Source of the DNA: an uncultured candidate division Zixibacteria bacterium | GTDB lineage: Bacteria > Zixibacteria > MSB-5A5 > UBA10806 | DNA length: 64,000 bases | Reading direction: 5' to 3' | Assembly (NCBI GenBank): GCA_963817915.1 | Contig: CAWFQL010000016.1 | Location: 160,001 to 224,000 of the forward strand | Shown here: one piece after another, positions 10,500 through 22,418 of the stretch | How the letters are laid out: every line of letters begins with the position of its first letter | Numbering within the stretch: position 1 is the stretch's first letter | Notes under the pieces: generated by a model | Database searches by the model: none | The model's input: the letters and a program-made list of their open reading frames with translations, nothing else | What the model was told of the DNA's origin: nothing | Translations under genes and position numbers: made by a program

Positions 10500-10934
10500 T
10501 ATGCCCTCCTTCAAACCGTCTCGATCCGGCATTTCAAGTACCATTCTCAAGTTGATTATATCCTAATATCGCTGTAATGAAAATGCAAGCATATCCAACT
10601 TTGAAGATCTCGATAATAAGCTATTTTAGTTAATTTTCAGAAATAGAAGTTTTACATGAAAGAAAATGTCTTCGTTTTGCCGCGACGTTTCACTTATCTG
10701 AAACAACCTGTTTCATTATGAAACTTGATATTATAGACCGCAATTCTTTTAACGATAATAATCACGGGGCTGATAATTAGATTTACGACAATGCAGGTAG
10801 AGGGGGGCGTTACTCGCCAATAAGCTATGTTCTGTATCGCATTGGATAATTAGTACTGACATCTTTTGGGCAAAAATATGCTTACATTTTATTCGTGGCG
10901 ATACCGCTTGAGAAATTTTTGTGGCTAATTTGGG

Positions 10935-13900
10935 ATGGCCGTTAGGGTAATGCCAATGAATATTTTTTCCTTATTAAGAGCCAATAATGTTCAAACCAGA
11001 ATTATTATCATATTATTATTTATTATTTCTGCTTCTATCATAGGTTCCATCCTTCTAAAAATTTCCCAGAATAACGAAGTTAGCCGATTTTTTGCCGAAG
11101 AGGCCAAAGATCAACAACGGCATCTCGATGAATATATCAAGCTCGATGGGGCGGCCTTGCAGGCGTATGCATATGATTATTCTTACTGGGATGAAATGGT
11201 GAATTTGGTAAGAAACAAAGATTACGAATGGGCCCGAATAAATATCGATGCGAGTTTTAGCACCTACAAAGCCAATGCCGCATGGGTATTTGATACGGCG
11301 CTTAATATTGTATATTTCTCGAGCAATCTTGAAGATAGTAATGCATATTCTGAAGTTCTGCAAAAAAAGGAAATTGAAACTCTCTTGCGACAGGGATATT
11401 TTAGCCATTTTTATAAATGGTATTCCGGGGGGCTTATGGAAATCAGCTGCGCCCCGATTCAGCCAAGCTCCGATGACGAACGCAAAACCCCTCCGAATGG
11501 ATTTCTTTTTGTCGGAAGGCTTTGGAATAATAATCATATTAATGATTTTTCCAATAATACCGGCACGAAAATAGAACTTTTTCACGTTGCGAATATAGCA
11601 GAGCGCCAGTTGACATTCGACAGCAAAAAAGGATTAATACAAATAGATAAATGCTTAAACGGGTGGGATGGAAAAACAATCGCCTGCCTGATATCGACCT
11701 CATCGCATCCGTTCGTCATGTACTTTAACAATTCATCCAATGCCGAGTTTGAGCTTTACATTATTTTTGCGCTTATAATAATAATTATCACATCATTTTC
11801 GCTGGTGTATATGGTGGGGACACCGCTCAAGACCATCTCACAAAGCTTGGATTCAAACGACAGCAGTGTTATCGCCGATTTACGCAATTCGAGCTCCGAA
11901 TTCGGAAGAATCGCGTCTCTAATCGAAAATTCATTTAAACAAAAGACGGTGCTTGAAAATGAGATCAAAGAAAGAGAAAAAGCGGAGAATGCGTTAACCG
12001 AACAACTGAATATGATGCAGTCGATAATCGATTCCATTCCGACGCCAATATACTATAAGGATATCGATGGTATTTTCAGAGGGTGCAATAAAGCGACCTT
12101 AACCTTTTGGGGAATTAGCAAATCGAATTTTATCGGTAAAACCCATTTTGATCTCACCTCCAAAGAAATCGCGGATAAAAACTGCGATGTCGATCAATTA
12201 CTTCTTGCCAATCCCGGTACGCATTCTTTCGAAACCCAGCTTACTTCGGCGGATAAGTCGTTGAAAGATGTAATGGTAATCACCGCGACCTATAACAACG
12301 CGGATGGTACACCCACGGGGCTGGTAGGAGCTATTATTGATATTACCGAGCGCAAAAAGGCGGAGAAGTCCCTTAAGCAATCTTTATCGCTGCTTGAAGC
12401 CACCCTCAATTCAACCGCCGATGGCATACTCGTGGTTGATGGACAAGGCAAGGTCGTTAGCTATAATGAGCGATTTATCGAATTATGGAAAATCCCGAAA
12501 CCGTTGGCTGCCGCCGGAAATGACAATGATTTGATAAGCTATGTGTTAGATCAATTGCTTGACTCTAATCAATTCGTCCATAAAGTCATGGAATTGTATT
12601 CGCACCCGGAAAATGAAAGCAATGACCAATTGGAATTCAAGGATGGCAGAGTGTTTGAGCGATATTCTTGCCCACAAATAATCTCCGGCGAGGTAGTTGG
12701 AAGGGTCTGGAGCTTTCGCGATATCACCGAACGAAAACGTACGGAAAAGGCGTTGATACTTTCAGAGAAAAAATATCGCCGTGTGATCGACGCCTCGCCT
12801 GTGGCTTTCTGGAGCCAATCGGCTATCACGAATGAGCTTTTCATGATAAGCGACGCGATTAAAAATATTACCGGATACGCGGCAGACGATTTTATCAAAA
12901 CACCGTCGCTGATCAAATCTATTACTCATCAAGAAGACCGGGAAATTTGGGATAAACATTTGGAAGCGCTATTAACCGAAAAGGATTCGAAGAATTTTGA
13001 GATACGGCTAATCCATAAAAATGGCTCGGCCAGAATGGTATCGGTATGGTTGACTCCTATAATTGAGAACGACGGTAAATTGGGCAGGATTGATGGAATC
13101 GGAATGGATATTACCGAGAAAAAAATGCTCGAACAAAAAATTGTCCAGACCGAGAAAATGGCCGCGATCGGTCTTTTGGCCGCCGGGGTCGCCCATGAAT
13201 TCAATAACCTTCTTTGCGGCATCACCGGCAATCTATCATTTGTTCAATCCAATATTTCCGATTCGGAGATATCGCGAAAAGGAATTTCCGAGGCTATCAA
13301 CGCTTCCGACAGAGCCGCCGAACTAATCAGATCATTGCTTTCATATTCCCGCGCCAATGTCAATGAGATGACCGAAGTGCGAATTGATGAAATTATCAAA
13401 AATCTCCTAAAGCTTGTTGATAAAGAGATAGTCAAAGCCAATATCAATTTAACTACGGATTTCAGAGATGTGCCTGTAATAAGAGGAGTGCCCGGTCAAT
13501 TGCAGCAGGTCTTTCTAAATATTTTAATAAATTCAATCCACGCCGTGAAGGAATCCGGAATTATCTCAATCAGTGTCTGGAGCTGCGGCGAGAGAGTTTA
13601 TGTCGAAATATCCGATAACGGTGTGGGAATAAAGAAGGAATTTATGGACAAGATATTCGATCCCTTCTTTTCGAAAAATCAAATTTCCAACGACAAAAAG
13701 GTCGAGGGCACCGGTCTCGGACTTTCGATTTGCTATAATATCGTAAAAAATCATAGCGGTGAAATACTTGTCAAGAGCGAACCCGGAATTGGCACCGAAT
13801 TTACCGTTATCCTCCCCATAAGGTCATTGCCCAAATTGAATGAATATGATATCGCCTTCTTTAAAGATACTACCACGCTGATCGTGGAATTCGATAATTC

Positions 13901-14243
13901 ACATGGGAGGAAAGCCGAGGAAATGATCGCGACTCTTGGTGGCGAGAGTGTTCTATGCGACTGGAGCGAAACCGCTATTTCACATCTGGCAAAGGAAGAC
14001 TTTGATTTTGTCATTATGGATGCCAGCCATCCGGCTATGATTGATTTCGTAAGATTATTCGATTTTATCAGAGAAAACTATCCGTCATTGCCGATTATCC
14101 TGGCGAGTTCCGGCCCTCTCCGCTACCAGTATGATGAATATGCCAAGAAGGCAGATGGATTGATATTCAAACCATACTCTCGCGATATCTTCGCCAAGAC
14201 TGTTAGCAAATTGCATTTCTCTCGTATCGAATCATTATCCTAA
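10935..14243 (+). CDS. Hybrid sensor histidine kinase (CHASE4-like periplasmic domain, three PAS/PAC, HisKA, HATPase, atypical receiver)
   Basis: DYSYWDE periplasmic motif, three DITE PAC ends, AHEFNN H-box, GTGLGLS, C-terminal FVIMD...KP receiver. Confidence 0.88.
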   Translation: MAVRVMPMNIFSLLRANNVQTRIIIILLFIISASIIGSILLKISQNNEVSRFFAEEAKDQQRHLDEYIKLDGAALQAYAYDYSYWDEMVNLVRNKDYEWARINIDASFSTYKANAAWVFDTALNIVYFSSNLEDSNAYSEVLQKKEIETLLRQGYFSHFYKWYSGGLMEISCAPIQPSSDDERKTPPNGFLFVGRLWNNNHINDFSNNTGTKIELFHVANIAERQLTFDSKKGLIQIDKCLNGWDGKTIACLISTSSHPFVMYFNNSSNAEFELYIIFALIIIIITSFSLVYMVGTPLKTISQSLDSNDSSVIADLRNSSSEFGRIASLIENSFKQKTVLENEIKEREKAENALTEQLNMMQSIIDSIPTPIYYKDIDGIFRGCNKATLTFWGISKSNFIGKTHFDLTSKEIADKNCDVDQLLLANPGTHSFETQLTSADKSLKDVMVITATYNNADGTPTGLVGAIIDITERKKAEKSLKQSLSLLEATLNSTADGILVVDGQGKVVSYNERFIELWKIPKPLAAAGNDNDLISYVLDQLLDSNQFVHKVMELYSHPENESNDQLEFKDGRVFERYSCPQIISGEVVGRVWSFRDITERKRTEKALILSEKKYRRVIDASPVAFWSQSAITNELFMISDAIKNITGYAADDFIKTPSLIKSITHQEDREIWDKHLEALLTEKDSKNFEIRLIHKNGSARMVSVWLTPIIENDGKLGRIDGIGMDITEKKMLEQKIVQTEKMAAIGLLAAGVAHEFNNLLCGITGNLSFVQSNISDSEISRKGISEAINASDRAAELIRSLLSYSRANVNEMTEVRIDEIIKNLLKLVDKEIVKANINLTTDFRDVPVIRGVPGQLQQVFLNILINSIHAVKESGIISISVWSCGERVYVEISDNGVGIKKEFMDKIFDPFFSKNQISNDKKVEGTGLGLSICYNIVKNHSGEILVKSEPGIGTEFTVILPIRSLPKLNEYDIAFFKDTTTLIVEFDNSHGRKAEEMIATLGGESVLCDWSETAISHLAKEDFDFVIMDASHPAMIDFVRLFDFIRENYPSLPIILASSGPLRYQYDEYAKKADGLIFKPYSRDIFAKTVSKLHFSRIESLS

Positions 14244-14258
14244 AATCAATATATATTT

Positions 14259-14292
14259 AAAAAAGGGGCATTGCCTGAGCCCTGCCCCTTTT
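14259..14292. terminator. Bidirectional intrinsic terminator
   Basis: AAAAAAGGGGCA...TGCCCCTTTT between convergent genes. Confidence 0.7.
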
Positions 14293-14307
14293 GGTCGAAT
14301 AATAATC

Positions 14308-16518
14308 TCAATTTGGGAATAAGGTCCTAATCTCGCTATCGGTTAATAGTGTCTTGCCGGAACCGGATACTTGTACGACCTGCGAACCAATCTTTAATCT
14401 CACCGTTTCGCCAAGAGCTAAATATTTCCCCAGTTTCGGGTCTTTATCGAGAATCTGATAATAGGCCCTGGAATACCGTTCTATCTCAATATCGAATTTG
14501 TCTCCAACCAGATCGCCCTGAATCCAATTTTCGCCTGCCTGGAAAAACGCCTGTGAACCAATCTGTGCGATCTTATTCGAATTCGATTTTCCTTCACCCT
14601 CCGATATTGTCGGCGATGGCATCGTAACAGCGAATTTCTGAGCTTCCAGCGCCTTCGATTGCATTACCGCCGATTTGCCGGACTGCTCCGATGATAGTCT
14701 GTCAGTGGCGTCGGCCAATGATCTCATGGCGGCGGGATTATCCATCAAAAATGGCGCTGGAGAATTTCGGCTGCCATTGGCCGCGATGTATTCATCCCCG
14801 GCAATCAGGAACGATGTGAATTCAGTAATTATTCCGTATCTTTTGGAAAGAAACACAACCTCGTTCAAAAGCTCATCCGACTTGCCGTGAAGTCTGATTT
14901 GCTGCAAAAGATATCCAATGCGTCTGTTGGCCCAAAGCATGGAGACCAATTCATCATCCGAATTACCTCTCTGAAATGATACAGGGAATTCATACGTAAC
15001 TTCTTTCCCGTTTATTTTGCCACTTATTATGGCTTGTGAATTGCCTAATTGATGAAACCTGCCTGTAATAATTATTTCCGATCCAAAGAAAAGATCGGGT
15101 AACGGGGCAGGATAAATCAAATCCGTTTTCATCGAGCCGAACGATAGCGACAAATCGGTAAGGGCGGGGCTGTTTATTTTGGCTGCCAGTCTTGAAACTT
15201 TGACTTCGATATTCTCGTTCGGCTGGACATACTCAGACGTACCTTTATTGTCCTGGGCTAATCTATCAAGTAGGTGTGCGTTGACATCATATCCTGCCCC
15301 AAAGACGAATAACCGCGCCCTGTTATGATTTAGAGAAGTAGTATTTTTGATGATGTCATCAATATTGGTATTTCCGACAGTCGGCACGCCATCGGTAAGG
15401 AAAATAAGATATGTCGGATTGCTGTTATCGGGGATTAGATCGCACGCGAAGCGAAGGACGTCGTAAATATCTGTCCCTCCCCCCGCGCTGATATTATCAA
15501 TAAAATTTTTAGCGTCTTTGATATTGGTGTCGTTTGCCTCTACGACCCCTGACTTGAATTCTTTTATATTGTCATCGTAATCGATTATGTCGAAACGGTC
15601 GCCCGGATTAAGATTTTGAAGACCGAAATTCAACGCCTCTATTACCTGGCGAATTTTCTCACCGGCCATGCTTCCCGATGAATCGAGGATGAAGATCAAA
15701 TTTTTGTTCGATTTCTGCAGACGGCTTTGTAATGGCGGCGAAAGTATTCCAAGGAAAAATCCATCTTCGGAGGTCGTTCGTTTATAGCTAATCAGATGAA
15801 ATCCGAAATCCTTATTTTGCCGGGTAAAATATATAATCATGTCCTTATCCGGCCTGATATCTCGTTCGCTATAATACGCGGTCATTGATTTGTCATTGAT
15901 ACGCTCGGTAGCAATATTATGCGTAGGACAATAAACCGAACCGATATTCTCGAATGAATTTATTTTTATATTTACTCTGCAATCTTCGAGATTCGAACGA
16001 GAATATTTCTCGGTATTGAGCGGATAAAGATATTCGACCGTGCCGTTATCGGATTGCAGGGTTTGTTCGTATTGTATCTTAATCCGTACCTCGCCATGCG
16101 GAGGAATAGGATAAATCCTCATTCGATACATGCCTCTGCCAGCGTACTCCAGTAAAGCCGGATCTTTTCTTCTGGCCACAATATCTTCGTATATTCGTCT
16201 TGCTTGTACAGCATCCAGAAGCTCCGCCTGCATCTGCTTTCCGCCAAGCCAGGCGGTGAAATTGCTGATAGCCGCGTTATCGGGTATAGGGAATATATAG
16301 TCGGCTTCGATTTCTCTATCAAATGGATTAGCGAAGACCTGGTCGACCTTCGTAATCGCGATAGGGTCGTTGATCTCCGTATCGACATGATGATATTTGA
16401 TATCAATCCTGGGATGTGGCGGCATCCATGGCTGCGGTACCGGCAACGGAAAGCCATCGGCTAATGATATCGCGGGCAATATCGCCAGAATCATTACGGT
16501 CAGCAAAAATCTTCTCAT
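14308..16518 (-). CDS. Secreted VIT + von Willebrand A domain protein
   Basis: Signal peptide, VIT domain (YIFPIPDNAAISNF, DPALLEY), MIDAS DSSGSM, GGTDI, FLTDG. Confidence 0.88.
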   Translation of the reverse strand: MRRFLLTVMILAILPAISLADGFPLPVPQPWMPPHPRIDIKYHHVDTEINDPIAITKVDQVFANPFDREIEADYIFPIPDNAAISNFTAWLGGKQMQAELLDAVQARRIYEDIVARRKDPALLEYAGRGMYRMRIYPIPPHGEVRIKIQYEQTLQSDNGTVEYLYPLNTEKYSRSNLEDCRVNIKINSFENIGSVYCPTHNIATERINDKSMTAYYSERDIRPDKDMIIYFTRQNKDFGFHLISYKRTTSEDGFFLGILSPPLQSRLQKSNKNLIFILDSSGSMAGEKIRQVIEALNFGLQNLNPGDRFDIIDYDDNIKEFKSGVVEANDTNIKDAKNFIDNISAGGGTDIYDVLRFACDLIPDNSNPTYLIFLTDGVPTVGNTNIDDIIKNTTSLNHNRARLFVFGAGYDVNAHLLDRLAQDNKGTSEYVQPNENIEVKVSRLAAKINSPALTDLSLSFGSMKTDLIYPAPLPDLFFGSEIIITGRFHQLGNSQAIISGKINGKEVTYEFPVSFQRGNSDDELVSMLWANRRIGYLLQQIRLHGKSDELLNEVVFLSKRYGIITEFTSFLIAGDEYIAANGSRNSPAPFLMDNPAAMRSLADATDRLSSEQSGKSAVMQSKALEAQKFAVTMPSPTISEGEGKSNSNKIAQIGSQAFFQAGENWIQGDLVGDKFDIEIERYSRAYYQILDKDPKLGKYLALGETVRLKIGSQVVQVSGSGKTLLTDSEIRTLFPN

Positions 16519-16737
16519 CGTAGCCTCCAATTTAGTTTCGAATCCTCTATCCTCATTTCTGCATTGAATACGTATGTGTTGTTATTTTATTCCACATCTT
16601 TTCGGATGGAATTGAAAGCCCTTGTAACAATAGGACTTGAGACACAATCGAAATAGGCTATGTGGACGTATGCCGAACCAAAATGGGGTTAATCAGCATT
16701 TGTTTTGAAATCGGCTAATTAGTGGAAGGAGGTTTAT

Positions 16738-17325
16738 ATGAAAAAACAGATTGGGATTCAATTATCGCTATTTGAATATAATGATATTTCGGCTGATGAG
16801 ATGGCAGTTGCCACTAAATACAAAAGCATTGTAATGACCGCGTGTGATAAATTCGCATTATCCCCATCAATAATTGCAGCTATCATTTCCCGCGAATCGC
16901 GATGGGGATTGGCCCTTACAGCGCCCGGCCCTGAAGGAACCGGTGATTTCATCGAAAGAGATTTTCCAACAAAGTATCGTACGGGGCCGTTGCCTCCGGA
17001 TGATCTGGGTTTTGGACGAGGACTGATGCAAATTGATTATGATTATCACGAATTCGCGCGCACAGGCAACTGGAAAGACCCTGAGGAAAATATTTTATAT
17101 GGCTGTTCGATACTGGCTGAAAATTTTAAGATACTCAGCAAACGAATTAAATTAAGCGATATAGATTTAATGCGGGCCGCAATCGCATCATACAATTGCG
17201 GCGTGAATCGCGTTCTAAGGGCTATCAAGAATAAGAAGGATATGGATTACTATACGTCATCTAGAAATTACTCTAAAGATGTCCTCGATAGAGCAAGCTT
17301 TTTCGCTGAGAATAATTGGATATGA
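16738..17325 (+). CDS. Goose-type lysozyme / GH23 lytic transglycosylase
   Basis: IAAIISRES (catalytic Glu), GLMQID, ASYNCG, NYSKDVLDRA; GGAGG RBS. Confidence 0.82.
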   Translation: MKKQIGIQLSLFEYNDISADEMAVATKYKSIVMTACDKFALSPSIIAAIISRESRWGLALTAPGPEGTGDFIERDFPTKYRTGPLPPDDLGFGRGLMQIDYDYHEFARTGNWKDPEENILYGCSILAENFKILSKRIKLSDIDLMRAAIASYNCGVNRVLRAIKNKKDMDYYTSSRNYSKDVLDRASFFAENNWI

Positions 17326-17340
17326 ATTGGGCTATCAGGC

Positions 17341-19301
17341 TCAGCTTTCCTCGTACTCGTCCTTCAATGATTTGACGACATTCGGATCGGCCAGTGTCGT
17401 GATATTTCCCAGAATTCTACCTTCGGCGATATCTCTTAACAATCTTCGCATGATTTTCCCCGAACGAGTCTTAGGTAAATCTCCCGCGAATATGATTCTC
17501 TCCGGCGTGGCAAATTTGCCGATTTTCTTAGCGACCCATTGGATAAGCTCTTTTTCCAAGAATGGATCCGCCTGATTGCCATCACGAAGACTCACGAAAG
17601 CCACCAACCCCTGCCCTTTTACCTCATGTTTGACACCGATTACAGCGGCTTCGGAAACGGCCTTATGTTCGACAAAAACACTTTCCAGCTCCGCCGTACC
17701 GATTCTATGACCGGATACATTAACGACATCATCGACCCGTCCCAAAATCCAGTAATAGCCGTCATCATCTTTTCGGGCGCCATCGCCGGGGAAATATATG
17801 CCGGGCCATTTAGACCAATAAGTTTGTTTGAATCGTTCGGGATCGCCATAGATACCGCGAGTAATTCCTGGCCATGGCTTTTTAATCGCCAGCAATCCGG
17901 CATTCGTTGGTTTCCCCTCTTCGGTAAGCACGTCGGCATCGATACCGAAAAATGGAAGAGTAGCGCTGCCGGGCTTAGTTGTAATGCATCCGGGCAATGG
18001 CGTAATTACAATCCCGCCAGTTTCGGTCTGCCAGTAAGTATCGACAATCGGGCAATTTTCATGGCCGATATTTTCATGATACCACATCCAGGCTTCGGGA
18101 TTGATCGGCTCACCGACCGTGCCTAAAAGTCTAAGCGATGATAAGTTGTATTTGTTCGGCCAGCTCTCTCCCCAACGCATGAAAGTTCTGATCGCGGTCG
18201 GGGCGGTGTAGAGTATTGTTATGCCATATCGTTCTATCATCTGCCAGAAACGGCCTCGATCCGGCCAATCAGCCGCGCCTTCATACATCACCACAGTAGA
18301 GCCATTGGCCAGGGGCCCATAGACTACATAACTGTGACCAGTGACCCATCCGATATCGGCAGTACACCAGAAGACATCCTCCGGCCTGAGATCGAAAACA
18401 TATTTCGAGGTGGCATAAGTATAGACCATATAGCCGCCGGTCGTATGAATTATCCCCTTGGGCTTGCCGGTCGTGCCGCTGGTATAGAGCAGGAAAGAGC
18501 ATATCTTCGCTGTCTATCTCTTCGGCGGGGCATTCCATCGACGCGTTATCCATGACTCTATGATACCAATGATCTCTACCCTCGACAATCTTGCACGGGA
18601 AATTCGCCGCTTCCGAACGTTTTATCACAATGACATCTTTGACAGTCGGGCTGGTTTCGAGAGCCTCATCGACAATATTCTTCAATGGCATTATATTGCC
18701 GCGGCGCCAGGAGCCATCGGCGGTAATTACCAGTCTGGCCTGACAATCATTGACCCGGTCGCTGATTGATTCCGATGAAAACCCGGCGAATATCACCGAA
18801 TGAATCGCGCCAATTCGGGCACAAGCCAGCATGCTGATTGCCAATTCGGGAATCATGGGCAGATAAATTGCGATCCTATCGCCTTTTTTTACGCCGAGCG
18901 ATTTTAAAACATTGGCGAATTTATTTACTTCGCGGGCCAGATCCCAATATGTGAGTACTCTACGATCACCCGGCTCGCCTTCCCAGATAATCGCGGCCTT
19001 ATTGCGAATATGGCTATCGAGATGACGATCGAGGCAGTTATAGCAAAGATTGGTTTTGCCATTTTCAAACCATTTGAAGAACGGAGCATCGTCGGAATTC
19101 AGGGTTTTATCCCATTTTTTATACCAGATAAAGCTCCTCGGCAATCTCGGCCCAAAATGATTCAGGATTATCAATGCTTTTGTCGTAAAGCTTTTTATAT
19201 TCCTCGATACTTGAAATATGGCTTTTCTTCTTGAATATTTCCGCCGGTTCGAATTCTCGACATTCCTGCGAAATAGTCTCGAGTTTCATTGAATCTGCCA
19301 T
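17341..19301 (-). CDS. acs: Acetyl-CoA synthetase, split by two +1 frameshifts (about 19131 and 18495; likely sequencing errors)
   Basis: Three consecutive ORFs join into full Acs: [38 protein letters not shown]. Confidence 0.93.
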
Positions 19302-19546
19302 AATGCTAACCGTCCTTTATTTAATAGGCTATTATTTTCGAAATTTGCCACCCACCGGAATCCATGGACAAGCATGCTATTCAGCTTCTTGTATAACAAT
19401 GGAGCTTATTGACCAGTTTCCAAATAACTAGAATTATTATTGTTTTTTAAAAATAAATAAAGGGGCTCAAATCGACCAAAATCGCCGAAATCTCGTCCCT
19501 TAAACCATATTGGATAATAATAAAAATTTATGGATAAAGATAGTAG

Positions 19547-19846
19547 TTATTCTTTGAAATTCTCCACGAGGCTGAAAAGATAATCGGTATGGATTTGGGT
19601 GGCCTCGGTGATTCCATCGGGCGTCTTCAATGACAAACGGTCATTGTTTAATTCGTTAAACTGCCGGACATGGTCTTCATCGAAGTCGCTTTGCAAAAAC
19701 TTTTTTGTGTCTTCCATCCACTCGTTATAGAGCTTTACTGTTTTATCGGGTCCGTATTCATCGTATTTCGAAACGATCAAAGAAAGATTCACCAATTTAT
19801 CGGTGACTTTCATGGTCAGATTTAATTTCTTTCTGCCTTCGCTCAT
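19547..19846 (-). CDS. Hypothetical protein (99 aa)
   Basis: ORF with a GAGGGG RBS before ATG 19846; no recognisable motif. Confidence 0.6.
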   Translation of the reverse strand: MSEGRKKLNLTMKVTDKLVNLSLIVSKYDEYGPDKTVKLYNEWMEDTKKFLQSDFDEDHVRQFNELNNDRLSLKTPDGITEATQIHTDYLFSLVENFKE

Positions 19847-19984
19847 ATCCCCTCTTTTTTTCAAGAATTATTTATGAAGCATTTTCTAAATTTCAATTCC
19901 ATCAATAGAATTATCGGAATTATTGGGGCAGGGTATAGGTAAATGTCTATTATTTTCGAATAAATTTCTACGCGACATAGATTG

Positions 19985-20070
19985 TTGCGCGTCAGGGCTT
20001 GCCCTGACTGCGAACTGAGTAGGATGCGGTCACGTCAAGATCCGCCACAGGCGGATAGACTGTGACTCGC
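19985..20070. repeat. REP-like hairpin pair
   Basis: TTGCGC-GTCAGGGCTTGCCCTGAC, and a GTAG-footed nested hairpin containing ATCCGCCACAGGCGGAT. Confidence 0.7.
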
Positions 20071-20142
20071 TGGAAAATAGTTCGAGCCATAGGTTACTGT
20101 TTGCAATTTTCGATTAAATTTTTGTGTGATAAAAATTCGAAG

Positions 20143-20703
20143 TTATCGTTTAAGTCGCCATTTGGCGGCAAATGAATCCGGGGTTTCGCCGCCGACAAGA
20201 TATTCGGCTATTTTCAGCGCAAATTGCAGAGCGGCACCCGGGCCCATGCCGGTGATAATATTGCCATCCTGTGTTACCAGCTCATCGGTAATGATCGCTC
20301 CGCCGCGGGCGAGCTTGTCATTGAATACAGGATCGCCGGTGGCACGTTTGCCTGTTAGAATATTAGCCGCTTCGGCCAGAACATGGCCGGGGGAAGCGCA
20401 TATGGCCGCCACCAATTTGCCCTCAAAATAATTTTTCTTTGTTAATTCGATTACTTTTTCGCTGAAGGCCAGATTTTCGGCGTTTTTTCGTCCGCCGGGA
20501 AATATGATAGCGTCATATTGCCCCTTGACCGAATTCAAGTCGGTATCCGGGATTATCGTAGTCCCATAGGCGCCCTTGATTGTGCCGGGGATCAGGTTGG
20601 CTATAGTCAGGTCGACCTGGACGCGATTCAAAATGTCAATTATGGCGATGCCCTCGATGTCCTCAAATCCATCGGACAATACCAGCAGGGCTTTCTTCTT
20701 CAT
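20143..20703 (-). CDS. DJ-1/PfpI (YajL/ThiJ) family protein
   Basis: GFEDIE, IIFPGG, AAICASP nucleophile elbow, ITGMGPG. Confidence 0.9.
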   Translation of the reverse strand: MKKKALLVLSDGFEDIEGIAIIDILNRVQVDLTIANLIPGTIKGAYGTTIIPDTDLNSVKGQYDAIIFPGGRKNAENLAFSEKVIELTKKNYFEGKLVAAICASPGHVLAEAANILTGKRATGDPVFNDKLARGGAIITDELVTQDGNIITGMGPGAALQFALKIAEYLVGGETPDSFAAKWRLKR

Positions 20704-20785
20704 GCTATCTCAAACGATAAATTAAGGGAAGGGGTTCCACGGGCGATTATGATTAATTTGTCGGGTTTTCTCTTGGCGCGAGCAA

Positions 20786-20965
20786 GATTCCGCATCAAGC
20801 TCTCTTGAGTCCGGCGACCGACGGATGCGGAATGACAGGTCTAAAGTAGGTCAGGTCGCCTGCGACCTGACTATAAATTTAGGACGTCATTTCCCAGGGG
20901 AAATGACCTACAAAGATATGTTTTTTGATCGGCATTGACTACTTCGATATATTTATTGTCGATTT
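20786..20965. repeat. REP cluster; 20843-20965 is identical to 22419-22541
   Basis: GATTCCGCATC...GATGCGGAATGAC, GTAGGTCAGGTCGCCTGCGACCTGAC, and the inverted partner GTCATTTCCCAGGGGAAATGACCTAC. Confidence 0.9.
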
Positions 20966-20994
20966 CTTGATAAACACGAAGGGCTGTAACATTA

Positions 20995-22418
20995 TTATTT
21001 TAGATATATAAGCTTTATGGCCTTTTCGTTCTGGGGCGTCGATGCTTTGGCAAAGTATATCCCTGTAGATAGCCTTTTGCCGGAAGCGTCAGTGGCGTCC
21101 CATATTATTTGTCCCTCCTCCTTTGAATCGGTCCCCAATTTAGTGATCAATTGGCCATTGATGTTGTATATCTCGATCTCACCTCCTTCAAGATTTGTAT
21201 AAGTTAGAATTGTCGAGGAATTAAATGGATTGGGATAAGCACTTCAGCAGAAATATCCTCAGGCAAAGTTGGTTCGTCTATCCTCAACTTCAGAACCGCC
21301 CGAAATCGTCCCCCGGCGATAGTACAAGCATTTGTGGTTGCCCCATAAGGTATCATCTCGGGCATCGCAGTAAGCTACATGGATGTGATCTGCCGTCAAT
21401 TGCGACTGCCGGCTCTACAGTTTTCCAGGGGGAATAAGTCACGCGAACCGGCTCCCCCCAAGTGACTCCTCCGTCGGGTGAGAGATTGAAAAAGACCTCT
21501 TCTGAATTCGTCTCGCCATCAAGAACGATTTCATCATAGATCATGAATAAGGAATCGTTTCTCTGCGTGATATTCTTGCCAAATGCGAGGTGATTGAAGG
21601 TCAGTTGCTGTTCAGGGAGCCAGAATTCCCCATTATCAGTCGAGCGTCGCATCAAAATGTCCCCAGTCCAACCATAAGGAGAATACTTATAATCCAGCCA
21701 AATGACTGCGAGATTGGAATCCCCCCAGGCCGTCATCTCGGGATTAAAGGAGTTGTCTTCAAGATAATCAGAGATACGAACCGTATCGCTCCATCCGGGC
21801 TGAGAAAAGAGATACTTGCAATAATATATCTCTTCGTTACCCCTTTCCACGATCATATGCAGAGCCGAAGGAGTCGCCCCTAAGGCCGATTCACCCTCAA
21901 GATAACGCTTTGTGGAGTGATAATACCAGCGATAGCCATGATTAATGCTGTAATAGCATTCCATATTATGTGCATACGTGTAGAAAATGGCATAAAGCGT
22001 TGAATCCATAGAGGTTACGGAAAGTTCAAAGCCTTGAATATAGGTTCTCCTCCAATCGCTCCAAGTCTGGCCAAAATCGCTTGAATATATACTTCGAAAA
22101 ATGCCATTACCAATGAAAGGAAAACTGATATAATTTGAATTAGAAAATAAATAGTTAAATATCGCAGAGACTCCAGGAGTGTCTATTAGGCAGACCTGCT
22201 CACTCCATGCATCGCCATTATTTAAACTCCTTATATAATAAGGTTCGAATGCGGAAGCATTGCTTGCAGTTGCATGGACATAGCCATTATAAGCAGAGAC
22301 AGTCGGGAAAAAGGTATTGAGGCCATGCGTCAGCCTTATTTCGGGGTCCCAGTCTATAGAGAGTATCTCATCGCGGCTATCCGGCGCTCTTGCCTGGGCC
22401 GGCATGCCCGGGGGCGGG
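20995..22418 (-). pseudogene. 5'-truncated BNR-repeat beta-propeller protein with YPNPFN-type C-terminal domain (copy A)
   Basis: Paralog of 22570-24115 that starts at PPPGMPAQA with no signal peptide or RBS and directly abuts a REP. Four +1 insertions at about 21391, 21283, 21248 and 21244. C-terminus AYPNPFNSST...GIYFAK...KLIYLK. Confidence 0.75.
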
